From positions 84,799 through 148,798 of the forward strand of contig CAVYXU010000076.1 in NCBI GenBank assembly GCA_963772565.1: a stretch of 64,000 bases of DNA, in the 5' to 3' direction. Within the stretch, counting starts at the first letter, position 1. Each line of letters begins with the position of its first letter. Below the pieces are notes generated by a model, which saw only the letters and a program-made list of their open reading frames with translations, did no database searches and was not told where the DNA came from. The translations under genes and the position numbers were made by a program. This DNA is from an uncultured Chloroflexia bacterium. Its GTDB lineage: Bacteria; Chloroflexota; Limnocylindria; Limnocylindrales; CSP1-4. Below are positions 1-8,471 of the stretch, piece after piece.

Positions 1-282
1 GCGAGTCAGGCGACCGGACCCGTCGTCACCCAGCGTGACCCGCTCGACCAGCGCGCCGAGGCCCGCCGCATCGTCGGTCGCCACGCCCTCGCGGAGAGCC
101 AGCGCGGTGATCGCGCGGTAGAGCAGGCCGGTATCGACGAACCGCAGCCCCCTCCGCTCGGCCGCCGCGACGCCGACGCTGCTCTTGCCACTTGAGGCCG
201 GGCCGTCGAGGGCGACAACGAGGCTCCGGCCGGCCGGCGGTGGATCAGCCGGGTCGGGTTTCACGGAGGTGCGCTTGGCCAT
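1..282 (-). CDS. cmk: cytidylate kinase, N-terminal part (gene continues past the left window edge)
   Basis: Own minus-strand translation from the ATG at 282 gives MAKRTSVKPDPADPPPAGRSLVVALDGPASSGKSSVGVAAAERRGLRFVDTGLLYRAITALALREG... It has the P-loop GPAxSGKS and the DTGxxYRA motif. It is absent from the ORF track because the window edge truncates it. Confidence 0.85.
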   Translation of the reverse strand, partial: MAKRTSVKPDPADPPPAGRSLVVALDGPASSGKSSVGVAAAERRGLRFVDTGLLYRAITALALREGVATDDAAGLGALVERVTLGDDGSGRLTR

Positions 283-288
283 GGGCCG

Positions 289-294
289 AGCATA
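289..294 (-). promoter_or_regulatory. candidate -10 box TATGCT, 6 nt upstream of the cmk ATG (leaderless-type arrangement)
   Basis: Minus strand reads TTGTATGCT-CGGCCC-ATG. No Shine-Dalgarno fits in the 6-nt spacer. Confidence 0.4.
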
Positions 295-351
295 CAAGCC
301 GGCAGACCGCCACGCGGCTCCCGAGACCATCCCTGACAGTTCGAACGCCGG

Positions 352-717
352 TCAGCGTCGCCCGCCCGCCGCGATCTCCTGCAGCCGCACGGCCACGACC
401 TTTGTCACCAGGTCCAGTGGGATCGGACGGCCGGCGGGAAAGCGCAGCGTGCCCTGTCCGGCGACGTACGGCGCCACCTCGGAGCCCAGGGCATCACGCA
501 CGGCCGCGCTCGCCGGGAACACGCTGTAGTGGCGCTTGAATGCCGCGAACGACACCAGCAGGCGACCGCCCTGGGTAAAGGTGGGCATCTGGTAGCTGAT
601 CGTCTCTGCCGCCTCCGGCGCCGCCGCCGCGATCGCCGCCCGAAGCGCCTCCAGGACCGCGCGCTGCTCGTCGGGCAGTGCGGCCAGATATTCCTCGACG
701 GTGCTCGGTGCGGCCAT
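352..717 (-). CDS. DUF1801 (YdhG-like) domain protein
   Basis: 121-aa ORF, MAAPSTVEEYLAALPDEQRAVLEALRAAI...ETISYQMPTF...FAAFKRHYSVFP...GQGTLRFP. This layout is typical of the YdhG/DUF1801 family. A GGGGA sits upstream of the ATG. Confidence 0.7.
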   Translation of the reverse strand: MAAPSTVEEYLAALPDEQRAVLEALRAAIAAAAPEAAETISYQMPTFTQGGRLLVSFAAFKRHYSVFPASAAVRDALGSEVAPYVAGQGTLRFPAGRPIPLDLVTKVVAVRLQEIAAGGRR

Positions 718-769
718 GACTATCCCCGTTGGTCATCGCGATACATGGGTCCCTCGGCAAGGGCGCCGA

Positions 770-1279
770 TCAGCTCGTGGCTCCCACCTCGACCAACCGT
801 CCATCAGTGAACGCATGATCCCAGACATCGACGTCCGGCGGCTTGACCCCGAGTGTCGTCAGCGCCGTGCACACCTGGCTTCGATGATCCGTCCCGTGGT
901 GCAGCGCCTGCGCCAGCCGGACACCAACCGGCGCGTGGATCTCGGATCCGTCGTCGCGGCGGCGGACCAGGATCGCGTCGGGGTCCGGATCTCCGTCCAG
1001 CACGGACGACCACGCCTGGGCGTGACCCGCCATCGCGTCGCGCAGGTACGCCAGGTCCATGCCGGCGTCGTCGATGTCCTCGATCCGCCCGCCGGTGAGC
1101 GTGACCAGGTACCAGCGATCGGCGCCGACCAGGTGACCAAGCGTATCGAGGATCGACCCGTAGGTGCCCGGCACGCCGGTCGCAAGCTGTTCCGGCGTCA
1201 ATGCCCCGCAGGTATCGATCAATCGGAGCGTCGCCCAGACGTGGTGGGCGAAGGCATCGGTCATCAGGGATCTGCTCAT
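770..1279 (-). CDS. DinB family (metal-dependent hydrolase-like) protein
   Basis: Internal ATG at 1279 of the 216-aa ORF gives MSRSLMTDAFAHHVWATLRLIDTC...GSILDTLGHLVGADRWY...HHGTDHRSQV. This is the DinB-fold His triad pattern. The upstream part of the ORF is Arg/Pro-rich junk. Confidence 0.75.
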   Translation of the reverse strand: MSRSLMTDAFAHHVWATLRLIDTCGALTPEQLATGVPGTYGSILDTLGHLVGADRWYLVTLTGGRIEDIDDAGMDLAYLRDAMAGHAQAWSSVLDGDPDPDAILVRRRDDGSEIHAPVGVRLAQALHHGTDHRSQVCTALTTLGVKPPDVDVWDHAFTDGRLVEVGATS

Positions 1280-1285
1280 CCAGGC

Positions 1286-1291
1286 AACGTA
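1286..1291 (-). promoter_or_regulatory. candidate -10 box TACGTT, 6 nt upstream of the DinB-family ATG (leaderless-type)
   Basis: Minus strand reads GTGCTACGTT-GCCTGG-ATG. Confidence 0.4.
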
Positions 1292-1419
1292 GCACGTCGG
1301 TATGGCAGCGTCCGGCCGTCGGCAGTCCGCTCCGTGCACGGTCGGCCCCCGGGACGCGCGCGGATTTGCGATGCTCCCGCCATGACGAGTGAGGCCCGGC
1401 CACAGGCGCAAACGAACCA

Positions 1420-2673
1420 ATGCCGCTGATCCCTCCGATCCTCCGGGAGACGGCGTTCCGGCGCTTCTGGACGGGCCAGTCCATCTCCGTCTTCGGCGAC
1501 CAGGTCACGGCCCTCGCGCTCCCCCTCGTGGCGGTGCTCGTTCTGCGCGCCGACGCCGCCGCGATGGGACTGCTGACGGCGGTGGGCCTGCTCCCGCACC
1601 TCCTGTTCTCGCTCCCCGCCGGCGTCCTGCTCGATCGCGTCCACCGTCGCCGGCGGCTGATGATCGCCGCGGATCTCGGGCGCGCAGTACTCGTCGCCAC
1701 CATCCCGGTCGCCTACGCGACCGATACCCTCACGCTTGCCCAGCTGTTCATCGTGGCGTTCCTGGTCGGGACGCTGTCGGTTGCGTTCGACATCTCTTGG
1801 TCGACGGTGTTCGTGTCGGTGGTCCGGCGCGACCAGTACGTCGCCGCCAACGCGTTGCTCAACGGCAGCCGGTCCGTTGCGGCCGTCGGGGGGCCGTCGA
1901 TCGGCGGGATCCTGATCCAGCTCCTGAGTGCGCCGATCGCGCTCGCCGCCGATGCCGGCTCGTTCGTCCTGTCGGCCGCCAACCTGTGGCGGATCGATGC
2001 CCGGGAGGCCCCGATCGAGCCCGAGACCGGCGGCATTCGATCCCGGCTGATGGCCGGCCTCATGTTCGCGACCCGCGACCCGATCATTCGAAGGATCCTG
2101 GTCTGCGCCGCCATCGTCAGCCTGTTCAACTTCGCGTTCAACGCCCTGTTCATCCTGTACGTGACAACGCGGCTCGGGGTCGCCCCCGGGATCCTCGGCC
2201 TGGCCCTCGGCGCGGGTGCGGTCGGCAGCGTCCTGGGAGCCTTCATCGCCGAGCCGGTGGGCCGCCGGCTGGGTGTCGGGCCGGCTTATGCGCTGGGTAT
2301 CTTCCTGTTCCCGGCGGCACTGGTCCCGGTGGCCCTCGTGACGGGTCCGCCTGCGGCGGTCATCGCGATGCTGTTCGGCACCGAGTTCCTGGCCGGCGTC
2401 GGCGTGATGCTCGTGGACATCAACGTCGGGGCGGTGCTCGTGGCCCGCACACCGGACCGCATCCGCGCGCGAGCGACGGGAGCGTCCCGGTTCGTGAACT
2501 ACGGGATCCGGCCGATCGGCGCGCTGTTGGGCGGCGCACTGGGGACGGCGATCGGGGTTCGCGAGACGATCCTGTTCACGTCCGTCGCTGCGCTGCTGGG
2601 TGCCGTGACGCTGATCGGCTCGCCGGTGATCCGGCTCCACGATCTTCCGGAAGTAGCGGCCACCGCGGAATAG
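1420..2673 (+). CDS. MFS transporter (EntS/YbdA-like topology)
   Basis: 417 aa with multiple hydrophobic helices. The N-terminus FRRFWTGQSISVFGDQVTALALPLVAV...LPAGVLLDRVHRRR is typical of MFS_3-type exporters. It is one of only four plus-strand genes. Confidence 0.85.
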   Translation: MPLIPPILRETAFRRFWTGQSISVFGDQVTALALPLVAVLVLRADAAAMGLLTAVGLLPHLLFSLPAGVLLDRVHRRRRLMIAADLGRAVLVATIPVAYATDTLTLAQLFIVAFLVGTLSVAFDISWSTVFVSVVRRDQYVAANALLNGSRSVAAVGGPSIGGILIQLLSAPIALAADAGSFVLSAANLWRIDAREAPIEPETGGIRSRLMAGLMFATRDPIIRRILVCAAIVSLFNFAFNALFILYVTTRLGVAPGILGLALGAGAVGSVLGAFIAEPVGRRLGVGPAYALGIFLFPAALVPVALVTGPPAAVIAMLFGTEFLAGVGVMLVDINVGAVLVARTPDRIRARATGASRFVNYGIRPIGALLGGALGTAIGVRETILFTSVAALLGAVTLIGSPVIRLHDLPEVAATAE

Positions 2674-2779
2674 ACGAGCACGCACCGGGTCGCGACCGCC
2701 TACAGCTCGCGGGCTTCGATCATCCGCCATCGTTACGCCGGGAGGCACGTGCGGAAGCGCGCGGCTCAGCTCGGCCGCG

Positions 2780-3763
2780 TCACCAGGAGCAGGTCACGCT
2801 GACGGGGTCGCTTCGCCAGATGCCGAGGTGGATGTACGTCGCCGAGATCACCAGCGGCGAGGGCTCCGGCGAGGCGTCCCTTGCGCGGCGCATCTGCAGC
2901 TCGATGTGCCCCGGTTGCAGCCCGTGCTCGCCGAGCTCGACGCCCCAGCTCCAAGACGCCCGCGTCTCCGTCCCGACCTGCGTTGCCAGATCGAGGCTCG
3001 GATATCCCCTCCGGCCCGAGTGGATCCCGTGGCCCGGATCCGGGTCCTTGTCGAACAGGTAGATCGTTCGCCCGTCCGCGTCGTTCCCGGACCAGCCGAT
3101 CACGACGATGTCGAGCCCGTTGGGCAGGGGGCTCGTCCTCGCCCACGACCAGTCATAGGTCACGGTGACCGTCGGCGGCAGGCCCGCTCCGGGCGCGCCA
3201 CAGTCCGCCGAGATCGAGGCGCGGAGATCGGACTGGCGGACGTCGAGGAGGCCGCCCCAACCGAACACCGGCCTGCCGCCCAGCATCGACGCGATCAGGA
3301 TCGAGGTCAGCGCGACCAGCGACACCGTCCGGCGGTCGGCCTGCCGGATCAGCGTCAGGTCCGCCCCGGCGAGCAAGGCCCAGATCGCGATGACCGCCTC
3401 GAACGGCACCCGGATCCGGCCCGCGTCGAGCCCCACCAGCATCGCGCCGACGCCCTCCACGATGAGCACGACGAGCATCGGTCGCACGACGGCCGCGGCC
3501 CACGGTCGCCGGCGGTCGAGCGCTCTTGCCGCGACGATCTCGAGGACCGCCAGCAGGCCGGCAGCGAGGTTGAAGGTGACGCCGTAAAGGACCGATGCCG
3601 GGACGGGCGGGGGGAACAGGGCGAGCACCATCCCGGCGACGTTGATGAACGCCAGAACCTTGAGCGCGACGGACGCACGCCACTCCAGCGAATCGAAGCG
3701 GGGCGGCTCGATGTCGAGGTACTGGCTTTCGGCAACGGCGGAGGTGGTCATGTCGGCGGCCAC
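2780..3763 (-). CDS. hypothetical membrane protein (4-5 TM N-terminal half, Cys-bracketed extracytoplasmic C-terminal domain)
   Basis: 327-aa ORF with a GTG start and high GC3. It has TM helices (VLAFINVAGMVLALF, LAAGLLAVLEIVAA, MLVVLIVEGVGAMLVG and others). The C-terminal domain runs DCGAPG...VSVTCSW. I recognise no family. Confidence 0.6.
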   Translation of the reverse strand: MAADMTTSAVAESQYLDIEPPRFDSLEWRASVALKVLAFINVAGMVLALFPPPVPASVLYGVTFNLAAGLLAVLEIVAARALDRRRPWAAAVVRPMLVVLIVEGVGAMLVGLDAGRIRVPFEAVIAIWALLAGADLTLIRQADRRTVSLVALTSILIASMLGGRPVFGWGGLLDVRQSDLRASISADCGAPGAGLPPTVTVTYDWSWARTSPLPNGLDIVVIGWSGNDADGRTIYLFDKDPDPGHGIHSGRRGYPSLDLATQVGTETRASWSWGVELGEHGLQPGHIELQMRRARDASPEPSPLVISATYIHLGIWRSDPVSVTCSW

Positions 3764-3907
3764 GTTACCCCGTGGCAGCCTTCGGAGGCGCGGAGCCGGG
3801 ACGCGTTCGCCAGGTGCAGCCTCGTGGGCAGCGATGGGACTCCCGGACGACCGCTGAGACTCTGGGATTCCGGCGGTTCGGGTCGGGCCGCCGGACCTCC
3901 GATACGA

Positions 3908-4105
3908 TCAGCGACCGAGGGCGCGACGGATCCTGCCGAGGACCGCGCTCATCCGACTCGACCATCGGCCGCGCAATTTGGCGCCTTCAGCATCTACGGA
4001 GGGCTGGCGCCGCGACCTGGCGGCCCCGGCATTGGCCCTGCGCCGCTCCTCCTCGGCCGACAAGGCGGCCATGCGCAACCGGTCGTTCCGATCAGATGAG
4101 CCCAT
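3908..4105 (-). CDS. small basic hypothetical protein (65 aa)
   Basis: ATG preceded by GGAGG at 5-nt spacing (GGAGGTAGCGATG). Mostly G/C-ending codons. Sequence MGSSDRNDRLRMAALSAEEERRRANAG..., no recognisable family. Confidence 0.35.
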   Translation of the reverse strand: MGSSDRNDRLRMAALSAEEERRRANAGAARSRRQPSVDAEGAKLRGRWSSRMSAVLGRIRRALGR

Positions 4106-4279
4106 CGCTACCTCCGACGATCACCTTTCGGCAGGGTGGCCCGCCGGGTCAAGGGGCGATCGTCACATCACGTCTCGAGAGTGCGGAGGTCCCAGCAGGA
4201 GGCGGCACCGGTCGACCCGTCGCCTACGATCTCGCCCGGCTCCGCAGTCGAGCCGCCGTGGGGATCCGCCGGTCGCGGG

Positions 4280-4755
4280 TTACCGTGGGGCGGACGATCC
4301 GGTCCGACCCATCAACGACCGTCCGACGACGGCGACCCCGACAACGAGCATTCCCCCACCGACGATCCCTACCGCGTCGAGCGGTCCGACGCTCTCCCGC
4401 ACAACCCAGCTCACGGCCGCGATGATCGGCTCGGGCAGCACGGGCGGCGCGTCGCTGTGTAGTCCTGCGGGAGTCGTCCAGATCCACATGAGGAACGCGA
4501 GAACATGCCGACGAGGGCGTAGCCGACGCCCACCACAACGGACCCGGAGCGCCAGGCGAGCGACGCCAGCAGCAGGACTGCGCCGGAGATCATGATCATC
4601 CCGAGCGACATGACGAAGGCTGACGGGCTGCTGTCGAAGATCGCGCTCCCCCGCTGGATGGTGTCCCGGACCACTGTCGTGTCGAACCAGGCCATCACCA
4701 CGAGCGCGATGGCGGCCGCGAACACCGCGAGAGCCGCCCTGCCAACATTCGACAT
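4280..4755 (-). pseudogene. hypothetical multi-TM membrane protein, reading frame broken once near 4495-4510
   Basis: Frame 1 (MSNVGRAALAVFAAAIALVVMAWF...VVVGVGYALVG) loses its hydrophobic character at about 4505. An adjacent frame continues as HVLAFLMWIWTTPAG...IIAAVSWVV...GGGMLVVGVAVVG to the stop at 4280. This is consistent with a 1-nt deletion. Confidence 0.45.
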
Positions 4756-4892
4756 CGCCTTGCCCCCATCAGCGCCGACTCCACAGGACGCGAATGTCGG
4801 CGTCACACCATCCAGCGTCAAGAGCCGCCGGGCCAGGACGACTCGCGATTTCATTCAATTGCAGTGCGCAGCGATTCCGACGACGGTTGCGG

Positions 4893-5675
4893 TCAGCGAG
4901 GCTCGACGCGCGTGCTGCCCAATCTCCGCACCTCCGTCGAGCTCAGGGGCCGGACGTCCCCCGCGGCCATGTCGTCCAGGCGAAGCGTCCCGATCCGCAC
5001 GCGGACGAGGCGGCGAACCGGCGCCCCGACCTCGGCGAACATTCGCCGCAGCTGGCGCTTCCAGCCCTGGTGGATCGTGACCCGCACCCACGTCAGGCGA
5101 GCGTCCGGTGCCGGCTCCAGGATGTCTGCCAGCCGACGGTCCTCGGTCCGGGTCTGCCCGCGCAGCCCGGACAATGTCGCGACGCCCTCGACGAGCTCGA
5201 CACCCGTCTCGAGCGCCTCGGCCTGCTCGCGGCTGAGCGGCTGGGACAGCCCGACCGCGTACTCGCGCTCGACGCCGTACCGCGGGTGGAGCACGCGCTC
5301 GGCCCAGTCACCGTCGTTGGTGAGCAGGATGAGGCCCTCCGAGTCCTGGTCGAGGCGGCCGACCGGATACACTCGCGCGCCGCGGGCGAGGTCCGGCGGA
5401 ACCAGCTGGACGACGGTGGTCTCCGCGTGCCGATCCCGGACGGTTGACGTCACGCCCATCGGCTTGTGGAGCGCGACGTAGACGGGACGCGCGTCCGACC
5501 GTGAGACCGGATGGCCGTCGACCTCGATCTCCTGGATCTCGGGGTCGACTCGCTCACCGAGGAGCGCGGGGCGGCCGTCCACCCGAACGCGCCCCGCGCT
5601 GATCAGCTCGTCCGCGCCGCGACGCGACGCGACGCCGGCGGCCGCCAGGACCTTGGATATCCGCTCCGCCGGCAC
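4893..5675 (-). CDS. rluB: 23S rRNA pseudouridine synthase, RluB/RsuA family (S4 domain + PseudoU_synth_2)
   Basis: RISKVLAAAGVASRRGADELISAGRVRVDG (S4 domain), HKPMGVTST, VGRLDQDSEGLILLTNDG (catalytic Asp motif). GTG start 2 nt after the scpB stop. Confidence 0.9.
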   Translation of the reverse strand: MPAERISKVLAAAGVASRRGADELISAGRVRVDGRPALLGERVDPEIQEIEVDGHPVSRSDARPVYVALHKPMGVTSTVRDRHAETTVVQLVPPDLARGARVYPVGRLDQDSEGLILLTNDGDWAERVLHPRYGVEREYAVGLSQPLSREQAEALETGVELVEGVATLSGLRGQTRTEDRRLADILEPAPDARLTWVRVTIHQGWKRQLRRMFAEVGAPVRRLVRVRIGTLRLDDMAAGDVRPLSSTEVRRLGSTRVEPR

Positions 5676-5677
5676 GG

Positions 5678-6439
5678 TCAGTCGCCGCGGATGGTGGCCG
5701 GCGCGGCCGGCGGACCGTCGCCGTCGATTGCCGCCGGCCCCGCGTCCTCGCCCTCGACGAGGCGAGCCGCGATATCGAGGTCGAGCGGCGGCAGCTCATC
5801 GACCGATGTGAGGCCGAACCGCTCGAGGAACTCGAAGCTCGTCCCGTACAGGATCGGCCGGCCGGGAGTCTCCGCGCGACCCAGCTCCACGACCAGCCGC
5901 CGGTGGACGAGGCTCCGGACGGTGTAGTCGGAATCGACGCCGCGGATGCGCTCGATCGCCGCCTTGGTCACGGGTTGCCGGTACGCGACGATGGCGAGCG
6001 TCTCGAGCGAGGCCGGCGACAGCTTGACGGCATCGGCGCCGACATACCGGGCGATCAGGGCGCCGGCCTCCGGTGCCGTGGTCAGCTCCACGCGATCACC
6101 GGCGAGAACGAGCCGCATGCCGCGCCCGGCGAGGGATACCTCCAGGTCGCCCAGACGCTCGTCCACGGCCTCGCGCGGCACGCCGGCGAGTGCGGCGATC
6201 TCGCGGCGCGACAGAGGCTTCTCGGCCACGAACAGGAGCGCCTCGAGCTGGTTCTCGGTCAGCTCGCCGGGCAGCGCATCTTCCCCATCGCCCTGCTCGG
6301 CGGCGGCGTCGGACGAACCGGGCGCCGCCTCGGGCGCCGCCTCGGTCAGTGCCGCATCGGTCAGTGCCGCATCGGGCGCCGCCTCGGCCGGTGCCTCCTC
6401 GTCGGGCATGCCGGGTCCGACGGCCTCGAGCTCTGTCAT
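5678..6439 (-). CDS. scpB: segregation and condensation protein B
   Basis: LEALLFVAEKPLSRREIA..., LETLAIVAYRQPVTKAAIERIRGVDSDYTVRSLVHRRLV..GR.ETPGRPILYGTSFEFLERFGL. The ATG at 6439 overlaps the scpA stop (ATGA). It has an acidic Ala/Pro-rich N-terminal extension. Confidence 0.9.
   Translation of the reverse strand: MTELEAVGPGMPDEEAPAEAAPDAALTDAALTEAAPEAAPGSSDAAAEQGDGEDALPGELTENQLEALLFVAEKPLSRREIAALAGVPREAVDERLGDLEVSLAGRGMRLVLAGDRVELTTAPEAGALIARYVGADAVKLSPASLETLAIVAYRQPVTKAAIERIRGVDSDYTVRSLVHRRLVVELGRAETPGRPILYGTSFEFLERFGLTSVDELPPLDLDIAARLVEGEDAGPAAIDGDGPPAAPATIRGD
6321..6386. repeat. in-frame tandem repeat block, pattern A-A-B-B-A (A = 12 nt ggcgccgcctcg, B = 15 nt gtcagtgccgcatcg)
   Basis: Read directly from the sequence. 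It encodes ...EAAPDAALTDAALTEAAPEAAP... in the N-terminal extension of ScpB. Confidence 0.85.
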
Positions 6440-7314
6440 GCGAACGTCTCCATCGACTCGTCGAGCGGCTCGTCGTCGGGGAGATCGTCGAGACCGGCCG
6501 CGGCCCGCTCCTCGGACGTGGTCCGGCGGGCGACGATCGGACCCCACGGCTCCGCCTGCTCGACGACGATCTCGCGCCGCTTCATCAGCTCCAGCATGGC
6601 CAGGAAGGTCACCGCGACGAGGACCCGGTCACGCACGCCCTTGAGCAGCTCCTGCAGCACGATCGCGGGCGCCCCGCGAAGTGCCCGCCGGAGCAGCGCG
6701 GCCCGCTCCGTCAGCGTGATCGTGCGGGGGATCGACTCGGGCGGCAGGGGCGCCGGCGGCGCGATCCGCGCCAGGCCGTCGAGGGCGGCGACCAGCAGGT
6801 CCGTCGAGAGCGGCTCCGCCGCGGGCGGGCGCGCGCCGGCGACGCCCGCAGCGTGGGCGGCCCCCGGCTCGCGGTGGAACAGCCCGACCCGTCGGTGCGC
6901 CTCGTCGAGCAGCCCGGTGCCGGCATCGCGGAACGCCCGGTACAGGATCAACCGCGCCCGAAGCTCGGCCTCGGGGTCGACCCCCTCGTCGGCAAGCGCT
7001 TCCGCGCCCTCGACCACGCGTCGCGGGAGCATCGCCCGCGACTTGATCAGGATCAGCTGGCTCGCGACGGCGATGAACGCGGACACGTTGCCCATCCGGT
7101 CTCCATCGAGCGACGCAAGCGCGTCGAGGTAGGCATCGGCGAGCGCACCCAGCGGCACCGTGAGCACATCCATCTGGCGCGCCTCGATCAACGCCAGCAG
7201 CAGCGCGAGCGGCCCGTCGAACTCGGGCAGCGTGACCCGCGTCGCGGCCTCGGGACGGCGACCCTCACCGAAGGCGACGGCGGGCGCGGCGCCAGGTGCG
7301 GCTGCCGGCGTCAT
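6436..7314 (-). CDS. scpA: segregation and condensation protein A
   Basis: LPEFDGPLALLLALIEARQMDVLTVPLGALADAYLDAL...LTFLAMLELMKRREIVVEQ. This is the canonical ScpA N- and C-terminal signature, and the gene sits upstream of scpB. Confidence 0.9.
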   Translation of the reverse strand: MTPAAAPGAAPAVAFGEGRRPEAATRVTLPEFDGPLALLLALIEARQMDVLTVPLGALADAYLDALASLDGDRMGNVSAFIAVASQLILIKSRAMLPRRVVEGAEALADEGVDPEAELRARLILYRAFRDAGTGLLDEAHRRVGLFHREPGAAHAAGVAGARPPAAEPLSTDLLVAALDGLARIAPPAPLPPESIPRTITLTERAALLRRALRGAPAIVLQELLKGVRDRVLVAVTFLAMLELMKRREIVVEQAEPWGPIVARRTTSEERAAAGLDDLPDDEPLDESMETFA

Positions 7315-7811
7315 CAGCTGGCCTCATCCGCGGCACGGAACAGGTTGCCGTACTCGGGGTCCTGCGGCGCCGCCTGGTAGCGGACCAGGTCCACGGCCCG
7401 CTGGGACAGCCCCGTCGCCGCGACCGCAACGGCCGATGCCTCGGCATGATCGCGCAGCCGGGCCAGCGCGGCGCTCCAGCCCGGGATCCTGGCGGCCAGG
7501 GTGACCACCCACGGCCCGAACGCCTCGCCCAGCGACCACGCGATGCGCGGGCCCGCGCCGGTGTCCCCCTTTGCGCAGTCGTGGAGCAGGCCGGCGGCGA
7601 GCACGTCGCGGTCAGCAACGCCGGCGGTCCGAAGCGCCGCCACGACGGCCAGGCCATGTCGCCGGTCGGAGACGTGCATCGCGTCGAACAGGGCGAGCTC
7701 CGCAGGATTGGTCCACGCCGCGACGGCCTGCCGCTCCGCGGCGGTCACGCGAGCAAACAGGTGGGCACGGAGCTGGCGGGCCTTACCGACCCACCAGGAA
7801 GTACGCGACAC
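7314..7811 (-). CDS. HD domain-containing protein
   Basis: 165 aa with ...LFDAMHVSDRRHGLAVV...AGLLHDCAKGD... (H..HD metal-binding pattern). GTG start overlaps the end of the M50 protease gene. Its stop overlaps the scpA ATG. Confidence 0.7.
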   Translation of the reverse strand: MSRTSWWVGKARQLRAHLFARVTAAERQAVAAWTNPAELALFDAMHVSDRRHGLAVVAALRTAGVADRDVLAAGLLHDCAKGDTGAGPRIAWSLGEAFGPWVVTLAARIPGWSAALARLRDHAEASAVAVAATGLSQRAVDLVRYQAAPQDPEYGNLFRAADEAS

Positions 7812-8415
7812 TCTCGATCACGGTGAACAGCGGCCTGCTCAGCAGCAGGATGAACGCGATCAGGATCAGCAGCCCGTATTGCGCGAGGATCGGCCGCAGC
7901 TCCCACGCCTGCCGGGGCGACAGGAACCGGAACAGCAGCGTCGATCCGTCGAGCGGAGGGATCGGCAGCAGGTTGAAGATCGCGAGCGCAACGTTGAACA
8001 ACACGAACAGGAACACCGTGTACAGCACGACGTTCGGCAGACCGGCACCCACCGTGTCGAGCACCCGGAACACGAACGCGCCGAGCACGGCCATCACGAG
8101 GTTCGACGCCGGGCCCGCGAGCGCGACGTAGACCTCGCCGTTGCGCCGGTCGCGCAGGTTGGCCGTGTTGACCGGCGTCGGCTTGGCCCAGCCGAACACG
8201 AACCCGCCGATGAACACCGACACGATCGTCATCATCCCGCCCACCGGGTCGAAGTGCACGATCGGGTTGAGCGTCAACCGCCCGAACAGCTTGGCCGTCG
8301 AATCGCCCAGCAGGTACGCCACGGCGGCATGCGAGAACTCGTGGACCGGGAACGCCACCAGCAGGAAGATGGCGAGGACGACGAGGGTCGGGATCAGGTT
8401 CTGAGGATCGAGCAC
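7783..8415 (-). CDS. site-2 protease family (peptidase M50) membrane metalloprotease
   Basis: HEFSHAAVAYLLGD (HExxH), NPIVHFDPVGG, LFNLLPIPPLDGS. About six TM segments. Confidence 0.85.
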   Translation of the reverse strand: MLDPQNLIPTLVVLAIFLLVAFPVHEFSHAAVAYLLGDSTAKLFGRLTLNPIVHFDPVGGMMTIVSVFIGGFVFGWAKPTPVNTANLRDRRNGEVYVALAGPASNLVMAVLGAFVFRVLDTVGAGLPNVVLYTVFLFVLFNVALAIFNLLPIPPLDGSTLLFRFLSPRQAWELRPILAQYGLLILIAFILLLSRPLFTVIESVAYFLVGR

Positions 8416-8471
8416 ACGGGCCTCACGGCGGCGGTTGAATGGGTCCCGGGTATCCTACCGGTCCTCCGCGC

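Noticed and set aside
6-218. 70-aa minus-strand ORF at the left edge
   Set aside because: It is out of frame with the cmk reading frame, which gives a clean P-loop kinase sequence over the same bases.
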